From assembly GCA_019638595.1 (NCBI GenBank), contig JAHBTJ010000007.1:229674-293673 (forward strand): DNA of 64,000 nucleotides, read 5' to 3'. Positions 56,369 through 64,000 of the stretch are shown here, in pieces (positions within the stretch are counted from its first letter, which is position 1; each line of letters opens with the position of its first letter). The notes beneath the pieces were generated by a model. That model saw only the letters and a list, made by a program, of their open reading frames with translations, was not told the origin of the DNA and made no database searches. The stretch is from Chitinophagaceae bacterium (GTDB lineage Bacteria > Bacteroidota > Bacteroidia > Chitinophagales > Chitinophagaceae). The position numbers were made by a program, and so were the translations under genes.

Positions 56369-56416
56369 AATATAAGAGCCCGGCTTGTAATTGTATTTCC
56401 TGTATTATCAGGGCGC

Positions 56417-57058
56417 TCAATGTACTTTATCGCTTAAAAAAACGATTCCGTACAATAATGCAAAGGCAAAGGCAATGAGTATACCACCCGATACGCGGGT
56501 GATAAGCGAAATATTGCGAACAGTAAGCTTTTTGCCAAGGCGGCCAGCCAGCAGAACCTTGGCGCTGTCGGCCACCATGTTAAAAATAATGCAGGTGGTA
56601 AAAATGATGACCCTTTGCTGCAGGGTATGACTCACCGCAAAAGCGGTGGCATTTACCAGCCAGAATACAATTACGCTCGGGTTTAAAGTGTTGATCAAAA
56701 ATCCTGACAGGAATATCTGGGTATAATCTTTTTTGCCCAACTTCACCACCACACCCCCACCGTTGGGGTTAGGTAGTATTTTTTTAAAAAACAGGTAAAA
56801 GATACCCAGCCCGAGCAGGAAAAAGCTGCCGGCATATCCAATGAGCTTTTTGTATTCTAATAATTCCTTTACCAGCTCGGTAAAGCCATTGCTGATTATT
56901 ACCAGCACTATATCGCTGATCCACACACCGCTTACGAACGCGAACCCGCCTTCGTGCCCGTTGTATATGCTTTGTTTAATAATGGTAAAAATAACAGGAC
57001 CTACGGATAGCGCTAAAAAAAAACCGATCACCAGTCCTTTCCATAAAGCCTCAATCAT
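56417..57058 (-). CDS. LysE/RhtB-family translocator
   Basis: GPVIFTII, GFLINTLNPSVIVFW; multiple TM helices. Confidence 0.88.
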   Translation of the reverse strand: MIEALWKGLVIGFFLALSVGPVIFTIIKQSIYNGHEGGFAFVSGVWISDIVLVIISNGFTELVKELLEYKKLIGYAGSFFLLGLGIFYLFFKKILPNPNGGGVVVKLGKKDYTQIFLSGFLINTLNPSVIVFWLVNATAFAVSHTLQQRVIIFTTCIIFNMVADSAKVLLAGRLGKKLTVRNISLITRVSGGILIAFAFALLYGIVFLSDKVH

Positions 57059-58611
57059 GAATTACCATTTGATAAGTTAATGCTGCTGTTAATATTGCTG
57101 TTCAGGAACTGTTCCCAATCTTCCAGCATTTTACCTTTCATAACTCTTGGAAATTTATGCTGCCCGCCAAGCTTGCCTTTATGCTCCATAAATTCCATGA
57201 ACTTCTTTTCCGGCAAAACCGTTAACAGTATTTCCTTTAAAGCGCTCCTTCGTTCTACAGCGTAATCGTCGTTCAGTTCCTTCAGGTTGTTGTCAATATT
57301 AATTCTTAATTGTTCCGCGTTCACAACATCATCGCAAGCCACATACCAATGATGCGCGAAAAAAGAGTGGTATGGTATGCCTGCCACCGTAAACTCCGGG
57401 ATAGAAACATTCATTTGCCCACTTGCTATTTCTATTGCCCGGTTCATATTATCAACGCTCAGGTGCTCTCCCACCAGGCTTAAAAAATGCTTCGTTCTTC
57501 CCGTTATTATTATTTCCGCTCTTTTTTTATCGGTAAACCGTATGGTATCTCCAATCAAATAACGCCATGCCCCTGCCGAGGTGCTTATAAGTACGGCATA
57601 GTCTTTCCCTTCTTCTACTTCGTCTATCAAAAGCGTAGCGGGATTCTCCGCAATATTCCCCGACTGATCAAAATTTTTATCGTTAAAAGGTACAAATTCC
57701 ATAAAAATATGCTCATTTGTGCTCAGCTTCATGCCCCGAACTCCCTGCCTGTCCTGGTAGGCGATAAAGCCTTCCGATGCAAGATACGTTTCAATATAGG
57801 TAAGCGGTTTTCCCAGTAATTTTTCAAACCCTTTTTTATATGGGTCAAAAGCAACCCCGCCATGCACATAAAACGCGAGATTGGGCCATATTTCATGGAT
57901 ATTTTTGATCTTATACTTTTCAATGATCATTTCCATGCACATCTGTATCCAGGCGGGCACGCCTACTACAAATCCTATGTCCCAGTTGGGTGCCTGCTCC
58001 ACTACTTCGTCCAGCTTGGTATTCCAGTCTTTGGTACGCGCTATTTTCTTGCCGGGTTTGTAAAAGGGAGAAAACCAGAAAGGCACTTTTTTGGCCGTGA
58101 TGCCGCTAAGGTCGCCTGCGTAATAGCCCGGTCCCTTTTGTAAGTCGGTGCTGCCGCCTAACATTAACCAGCCTTTGCTAATAGATTTTACAGGTATGTT
58201 TTGATAATTGCGCAGGCTCAGCAGTTGCTTGATCATTACAATGCGGTTTCCCCGCATCAGGTCGTTTGTAATAGGAATATATTTGCTGGCAGAGCCTGAA
58301 GTGCCGGAGCTCAAGGCGAAGTATTGTATTTTATCCGGCCAGCAAACATCGGGTATACCATCGAGCGTACGGTGCCACCACTGATCATATATCTTATCGT
58401 AATCAAATACCGGTACGCGTTGCTGAAAAGCCTTTGTAAAATTTTTTTGAAGCAGGATCTCATCAAAATGATACGCCTGTCCAAATTCTGTAAACCTTGC
58501 TTTTTTTAGCAGTTTTCGTAAAACCCGGTTTTGTTGCCTTGTGTGGGAGCCAACAGGCAATTTCAACGTTCGGGCAATAGTAGCAGGAATCCTTATATCA
58601 ATTATCCCCAT
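57055..58611 (-). CDS. GH3 auxin-responsive/acyl-adenylate family protein
   Basis: SSGTSGSASKYIP, ETYLASEG, WRYLIGD, GQHKFPR. Confidence 0.92.
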   Translation of the reverse strand: MGIIDIRIPATIARTLKLPVGSHTRQQNRVLRKLLKKARFTEFGQAYHFDEILLQKNFTKAFQQRVPVFDYDKIYDQWWHRTLDGIPDVCWPDKIQYFALSSGTSGSASKYIPITNDLMRGNRIVMIKQLLSLRNYQNIPVKSISKGWLMLGGSTDLQKGPGYYAGDLSGITAKKVPFWFSPFYKPGKKIARTKDWNTKLDEVVEQAPNWDIGFVVGVPAWIQMCMEMIIEKYKIKNIHEIWPNLAFYVHGGVAFDPYKKGFEKLLGKPLTYIETYLASEGFIAYQDRQGVRGMKLSTNEHIFMEFVPFNDKNFDQSGNIAENPATLLIDEVEEGKDYAVLISTSAGAWRYLIGDTIRFTDKKRAEIIITGRTKHFLSLVGEHLSVDNMNRAIEIASGQMNVSIPEFTVAGIPYHSFFAHHWYVACDDVVNAEQLRINIDNNLKELNDDYAVERRSALKEILLTVLPEKKFMEFMEHKGKLGGQHKFPRVMKGKMLEDWEQFLNSNINSSINLSNGNS

Positions 58612-58862
58612 TGAATATGTATGGGTTAATAGTTTTTAATGTATAAACAAATGTATGATACTCCTTTTGATGTGCCTAAATTATGCGGCTTTTTTACATC
58701 TTCGGTAACAATACAGGCTTGCAGACCGTAAGCCCCAAAAATATAAACCGCCATAACGTGCTTTTTTGTATGTTGTTAAGTAAATTGTAGCAGGCCAACT
58801 CTCAATTTTGGCACTTGCCTTGTGGAATAATGATAGCGTGTTTTTCAAATTTTAAAAATGTG

Positions 58863-59231
58863 ATGAGAAAGAAGAAAATTTATGTGGCTGATGATGATGT
58901 GAATATTCTTGAGTTAATGCATACTATTCTTGAATTACAAGGGTACGAGGTAACTACTTCCCCTGACGGCTTATCGCTGCATACACTAAAAGAAAATCCG
59001 GATATGGTTTTTCTTGATATAGCCATGTCGGGTACCGATGGTAGTGAAATTTGCCACCAGTATAAGAAAAATCCCGATACTTCGGATGTGCCTGTTGTAT
59101 TGGTTTCTGCCAATACCAACTTACAGGAAATAGCAGGTAATTGCGGGGCAAATGATGTATTGCCTAAGCCCTTTGATATCAGTACCGTGGTTGAACTTGC
59201 TCGTAAGTATACCGTTGCGGGGAAAAAATGA
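58863..59231 (+). CDS. Single-domain response regulator (CheY-like)
   Basis: ADDD, FLDIAM, LVSA, PKPF; no output domain. Confidence 0.88.
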   Translation: MRKKKIYVADDDVNILELMHTILELQGYEVTTSPDGLSLHTLKENPDMVFLDIAMSGTDGSEICHQYKKNPDTSDVPVVLVSANTNLQEIAGNCGANDVLPKPFDISTVVELARKYTVAGKK

Positions 59232-59253
59232 CACGATTTTCTACAAAACCCAC

Positions 59254-60438
59254 TTACCGGTCAGGTACTGTAGCACCGCTTTCATTTTTTGAACTGCTTG
59301 ATATGATACTTCTTCCTCCTGCCGTGCAAAACCATACCCTGTAATGTGCCGCCAATGCGGGAAGCTGTTGTATGATTGCCTTAAACGAAAAGTGCCCCTG
59401 GCATACGATCAAATTGCCCCCTTTGTTTTTGTCATTGCCATCCGGCCAATCACGCAGTTGTATGTTTTTGCCTGTTTTGCCGGCGGCATGCAGAATGGTT
59501 TCCGCATGTTGGAACTCATTATCCGCACCGGTTATCAAAAAGCTTCCGGGAACCTCATTAGCAACAGCCATTTTTTTGCGGCTGCTGAAAATATTCCTGC
59601 ATATTGTAACCTGCATGCTCACAAGCATCAACAGGCGTATCAGGCAACTGTATAGAACAGACTGTAAACGCGGGTAATGCTTCCGCACAAAAATGCACAT
59701 GGCATTGTAAAAAGTATAAATATGCTTCCTGCTGGTTTTTACCGTACTTTCTCCTTTAAAATGTACGATCGTTACACCGGGATAATAATAATTTTCATAG
59801 CCGGCTTTTTGAATACGATAGCTGAGGTCAATATCCTCTCCGTACATAAAAAAAGCTTCATCAAAGCCGCCGGTAATTTTCAGCACACGGGCAGGTATAA
59901 ACATGCAGGCCCCCGATAAAACAGCTACTGTATTCATTTCATTTTCAGGCAGGTTCCCCATATAGTAGCGCGCAAAAAACGGGGAACGGGGAAAGAGGTT
60001 TAGCATGCCTGAGAACTTAAAAAAAGAAGCAGTCAAAGAGGGAAACCCGCGTTTGCTTTCCCTTAAAAAAACGCCTTTACCATCTGTCATACGTACGCCC
60101 AGCGCGCCCGCACCAGGCTTCGACCTGAAAAACTCAATGCATTTTTCAAAGCAATCTTCGGGAACGATGGTATCGGGATTTAAAAAAAGAATGTATTCAC
60201 CTGTGGCCTGCCCAAGCCCCAGGTTACAGGCTTTGGCAAAGCCGGCGTTTTTGTTAAGCCAGGTAAAATTTACCTGGGGAAAAGCTGGCTGTAAATAGGC
60301 GCGGCTGCCGTCAACGGAATGGTTGTCTACCACAATTACTTCCATAGCTATATGGGTTCCGGCTTTTAAAACCGAAAGCAGGCAATGCTCCAGGAAGTAT
60401 TTCACATTATAGTTTACAATGATTACGGAAAGCAGCAA
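59254..60438 (-). CDS. GT2 glycosyltransferase
   Basis: IIVNYN, VVDNHSVDGS, FLNPD, FFMYGEDIDLSYR, HFKGES. Confidence 0.93.
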   Translation of the reverse strand: MLLSVIIVNYNVKYFLEHCLLSVLKAGTHIAMEVIVVDNHSVDGSRAYLQPAFPQVNFTWLNKNAGFAKACNLGLGQATGEYILFLNPDTIVPEDCFEKCIEFFRSKPGAGALGVRMTDGKGVFLRESKRGFPSLTASFFKFSGMLNLFPRSPFFARYYMGNLPENEMNTVAVLSGACMFIPARVLKITGGFDEAFFMYGEDIDLSYRIQKAGYENYYYPGVTIVHFKGESTVKTSRKHIYTFYNAMCIFVRKHYPRLQSVLYSCLIRLLMLVSMQVTICRNIFSSRKKMAVANEVPGSFLITGADNEFQHAETILHAAGKTGKNIQLRDWPDGNDKNKGGNLIVCQGHFSFKAIIQQLPALAAHYRVWFCTAGGRSIISSSSKNESGATVPDR

Positions 60439-60526
60439 ACTGTATCAGTATTAATGGGCGAATTAATAAATTTTAACCCAGGATGCAAAATAATGATGCA
60501 GCCTTTTCAAATACTATCTTTGCCGC

Positions 60527-61300
60527 ATGTTTAAATCTACTTTGTTACAGGCTGCCAGGGCGGCAGGCGCTACCATGCAGGAATCGTTTAACGGGAGCTT
60601 TAAAATCTCTAATAAAGAGGGATTTAATAACCTTGTTACGGAAGTGGATCACGCTTCGGAAAAAGTGATCATTGATATCATTCAGAAAAAATTTCCCGAT
60701 CATTATATTATGAGTGAAGAGTCGGGCGAAATTGTGATGGACTCCGCTTATAAATGGATCATAGACCCGATTGACGGAACGGTAAACTATGCCAATGGCA
60801 TTCCGTTGTGTTGTGTAAGTATAGGATTGGAGCACGAAGGAAAGATCATAATGGGAGCCGTGTACAATCCCTTTTTGAATGAAATGTTTGTGGCGGAGCG
60901 CGGGCAGGGCGCCACGCTGAACGATAAGCCTTTGCGGGTAAGCGACAAAACGGATGTTTTAACGTCCTGTCTGGTTACAGGATTTCCCTATACCTATCTT
61001 GACCAGCCAAACGGGCCGCTGCATGTGTTTGATAAGCTGATACGAAAAGGCGTTCCTGTAAGGAGGCTGGGCTCCGCGGCCATAGATCTTTGCTGGGTTG
61101 CCTGCGGCAGGTTTGATGGATTTTATGAGCATAAGCTGAATGCCTGGGACAGCGCGGCCGGTTTTTTAATGGTAGAAGAAGCGGGAGGAAAAGTAACTGA
61201 TTTTAAAGGGAACCATTACTCACCCTATCAACCGCATATTGTGGCTACCAATGGAAAAATCCATGATCAATTGCTGGATTATGTAAACGGCATTCAATAA
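60527..61300 (+). CDS. suhB: Inositol monophosphatase family protein (SuhB-like)
   Basis: LVTEVD, WIIDPIDGTVNY, RRLGSAA, WDSAAG. Confidence 0.92.
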   Translation: MFKSTLLQAARAAGATMQESFNGSFKISNKEGFNNLVTEVDHASEKVIIDIIQKKFPDHYIMSEESGEIVMDSAYKWIIDPIDGTVNYANGIPLCCVSIGLEHEGKIIMGAVYNPFLNEMFVAERGQGATLNDKPLRVSDKTDVLTSCLVTGFPYTYLDQPNGPLHVFDKLIRKGVPVRRLGSAAIDLCWVACGRFDGFYEHKLNAWDSAAGFLMVEEAGGKVTDFKGNHYSPYQPHIVATNGKIHDQLLDYVNGIQ

Positions 61301-61322
61301 TTTAAATGTATACCTGTAAAAT

Positions 61323-62351
61323 ATGGCAACGCGAACAGAAATAGCTTCATTAGGCGAATTTGGATTAATTGATCATTTAACCCGTAACAACGAAATACGG
61401 CATGCTTCCACACTGGTAGCTGTGGGCGATGATGCGGCTGTGCTTGATCATTTGGGAAAGCAGATTGTAGTAACGACCGACCTGCTAATTGAAGGCGTTC
61501 ATTTCGATTTGATGTATAGCCCTCTTACCCATCTTGGGTATAAAAGCATTATTGTGAACCTGAGCGATGTGTATGCCATGAATGCTACACCTGCCCAGGT
61601 TACCGTTAGCCTGGGCATCAGCAACCGGTTTAGCGTGGAAGCGCTGGAAGAATTGTATGAAGGCATATATGCAGCCTGCGAAAAATACAATGTTGACCTG
61701 GTAGGCGGAGATACTACTACTTCTCCCAAAGGACTGATAATAAGTGTTACGGCTATAGGCGAGGTAAATGCCGATAATTTTGTGAAAAGGGATGGAGCTA
61801 AAAAAGGGGATTTGATTTGTGTGAGCGGCGATCTTGGCGCTTCTTACCTGGGATTGCTGCTGATGGAGCGGGAGAAAAAGATATTTCTTGAAAGTCCTGG
61901 TGTGCAGCCCGACCTGGAAAACCAGGATTATATCCTGCGCCGGCTGCTGAAGCCCGAAGCCAGGAAAGACATGATAGCCTTTTTTGAAGAGCAGCAAATT
62001 GTGCCCACCAGCATGATGGATATCAGCGATGGGTTAAGCAGCGAGCTGTTGCATATATGTAAGCAAAGTAATGTGGGTTGTTTAATTTATGAAGATAAGA
62101 TCCCCGTAGCGGATCAAACCCGTGAGTTCGCGTTCAAACTGGGGTTGGATCCTACCGCCTGCGCATTGAGCGGGGGAGAAGATTACGAATTGCTTTTTAC
62201 ACTTAAACAGGAGGACTACGAGAACATTACCCTGAATGAACAAATTAGCGTAATTGGTTATATAACAGAACCTGAAGCAGGTGCGCATATTATAACCCGT
62301 TCCGATAAAAAGCACCCCATTACCGCCCAGGGATGGAATGCTTTTAAATAG
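61323..62351 (+). CDS. thiL: Thiamine-monophosphate kinase
   Basis: GEFGLI, GDDAAV, NLSDVYAM, GGDT, MDISDGL, GGEDYELLF. Confidence 0.97.
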   Translation: MATRTEIASLGEFGLIDHLTRNNEIRHASTLVAVGDDAAVLDHLGKQIVVTTDLLIEGVHFDLMYSPLTHLGYKSIIVNLSDVYAMNATPAQVTVSLGISNRFSVEALEELYEGIYAACEKYNVDLVGGDTTTSPKGLIISVTAIGEVNADNFVKRDGAKKGDLICVSGDLGASYLGLLLMEREKKIFLESPGVQPDLENQDYILRRLLKPEARKDMIAFFEEQQIVPTSMMDISDGLSSELLHICKQSNVGCLIYEDKIPVADQTREFAFKLGLDPTACALSGGEDYELLFTLKQEDYENITLNEQISVIGYITEPEAGAHIITRSDKKHPITAQGWNAFK

Positions 62352-62431
62352 GTTGTGTTTATACAAATACACTTGTTTTTTCGTTTGAGGTATGATACAC
62401 GACGGTTTATGTTATCATCGAAGGTTATCTG

Positions 62432-63964
62432 ATGCTTGAAGTCATATTAAAAAAAATTGAAAGCAGGCTAATCTACTGGCTTTGTATGTGGTTGTTAACG
62501 GTAACAGTATTTAGTTGTACAGTTACATCCCGGTCAATGAACCCTTCCACGAAGTTTCCGGCGGAGGCATTGCGGGAAGACTACACGCTGCTCCGGCAGA
62601 TCATGGAGAAACACCATCCATCGTTGTACTGGTATACGCCCAAAGACAGTATGGACCTTGTTTTTGACAGGTATTATCAACTGATCAACGATTCCATGAC
62701 GCGCCAGCAGTTTGGGTTTAAGATACTGGCGCCTGTAACCACCAAAGTACACTGCGGGCATACCAGCTTTAATTACCCTCCACGGTACAATAAGCGAATG
62801 AAGGAATATGCCAATCCTTCTTTTCCGCTATTTATGAAAATATGGGGAGATACCATGCTGGTAACCTCTAACCTTAATAAAAAAGACAGCCTGTTGAAAA
62901 GAGGGATACAGATCACCAGCATTAACGGGCTTACTGCAGCTCAACTGGCAGATACCCTGTTTAAGTATATGCCGGCAGACGGGTACGCTGAAAATGTAAA
63001 TTATATACGGTTGAGCGCTGCTTTTCCTTATTATCACCGTAATATTTTAGGGCTGTCGAAACAATATGAAGTGGGCTATATTGACAGCCTGGGGCAGCGG
63101 CAAACGGTTTCTGTTCCGGTTTTTGATCCTTCTGCCGATAGCACGCTTACCGCATTTATAAAAACCAGGAACAGGCAGGCCCGTCCGCCGCGGCCGCGGG
63201 AGGAGGAACCCTGGGAAAGCATCCGCTCCTTTTCTGTGGATACAGCATATCAGCTGGCAATTATGAAAGTACACAGCTTTGCGGGTAAAGGAAGGCTGCC
63301 TTCGTTCTATAGAAAAAGCTTTCGCACGCTCCAAAAGCGGCATATTCCCAACCTGGTGATTGACCTTCGTTCCAACGGAGGCGGCAGGGTTGACAATTAC
63401 ACAGCGCTTACCCGCTATCTTAAAAGTACCGACTTTAAGGTTGCCGATACGGTATTTACCAATTCAAACGGGTTGGGCAGCTATCGAAGGTATTTCCGGT
63501 CGGGCTGGCTCAATTCCATGATCCTCTTTTTAGTAACCAGTAAAAGAGAAGACAATAAGTATCATTTCCGTTACTGGGAAAGGCATGTTTTTCATCCCCG
63601 TAAAAAAAATCACTATAAGGGAAACGTGTATGTGCTGATCAACGGCCCTACTTTTTCCGCTTCCACCCTTTTCGCACATACGCTTAAGGGTCAGCCCAAT
63701 GTAACGCTCGTAGGCGAAGAGGCGGGCGGTGGCTGGCATGGCAACAGCGGTATACTGATACCCGATGTTGTGTTGCCTCATACCAAAATGCGGGTAAGAT
63801 TGCCATTGTTCAGGATAGTGCAGTACCAGCATGTGCCCAAAGATGGGAGAGGGGTAATGCCCGATATATACGTACCGCCCACAGCAGAAAATGTGCGGAA
63901 CGGGGTAGACGGCAAAATGCAGAAAGTGCGGGAGCTGATACGGGGAAGGGAGCATATACAGTAA
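62432..63964 (+). CDS. S41 family peptidase (lipoprotein-like)
   Basis: VFSC, HPSLY, IDLRSNGGG, TFSAS, GEEAGG, GVMPD. Confidence 0.88.
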   Translation: MLEVILKKIESRLIYWLCMWLLTVTVFSCTVTSRSMNPSTKFPAEALREDYTLLRQIMEKHHPSLYWYTPKDSMDLVFDRYYQLINDSMTRQQFGFKILAPVTTKVHCGHTSFNYPPRYNKRMKEYANPSFPLFMKIWGDTMLVTSNLNKKDSLLKRGIQITSINGLTAAQLADTLFKYMPADGYAENVNYIRLSAAFPYYHRNILGLSKQYEVGYIDSLGQRQTVSVPVFDPSADSTLTAFIKTRNRQARPPRPREEEPWESIRSFSVDTAYQLAIMKVHSFAGKGRLPSFYRKSFRTLQKRHIPNLVIDLRSNGGGRVDNYTALTRYLKSTDFKVADTVFTNSNGLGSYRRYFRSGWLNSMILFLVTSKREDNKYHFRYWERHVFHPRKKNHYKGNVYVLINGPTFSASTLFAHTLKGQPNVTLVGEEAGGGWHGNSGILIPDVVLPHTKMRVRLPLFRIVQYQHVPKDGRGVMPDIYVPPTAENVRNGVDGKMQKVRELIRGREHIQ

Positions 63965-64000
63965 TACAGCAACACGGATATTCTGTATACCATCAAGTAA

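Noticed and set aside
61301-61322. TPP riboswitch before thiL
   Set aside because: The spacer is only 22 nt and lacks the TPP consensus.

Overview
Bacteroidota DNA, most consistent with Chitinophagaceae (gene content; TAnnTTTG -7 promoter boxes). A housekeeping backbone (recJ, ispB-like, ompA, bamD-rpoZ-coaBC-porD, pabC-like, nadR-pnuC, mqnD-mqnB, queD-folE, fabD, MATE, MFS, suhB, thiL, S41 protease) is interrupted by accessory modules. Most interesting is 8.1-13.8 kb: an IxDDLxD isoprenoid-synthase-like protein, a 123-aa protein ending in a Trp-rich tail (PGWWSWSF), a 7-TM protein with no canonical start codon, a one-TM HisKA_3 kinase and three NarL/LuxR regulators. By inference this resembles a ComQXPA-type prenyl-peptide signalling system. 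Also present: an ECF/FecR/SusCD PUL flanked by two queD paralogs; an orphan nuclease-toxin/beta-propeller immunity array with three toxin pieces; a GNAT-like/small basic protein pair; an alpha-2-macroglobulin with a TonB plug-like insert; and two REP-like hairpin families, one tied to a Y1 transposase and one at accessory-module boundaries. No rRNA, tRNA or CRISPR array was seen. All assignments come from motif recognition by eye; no searches were run.
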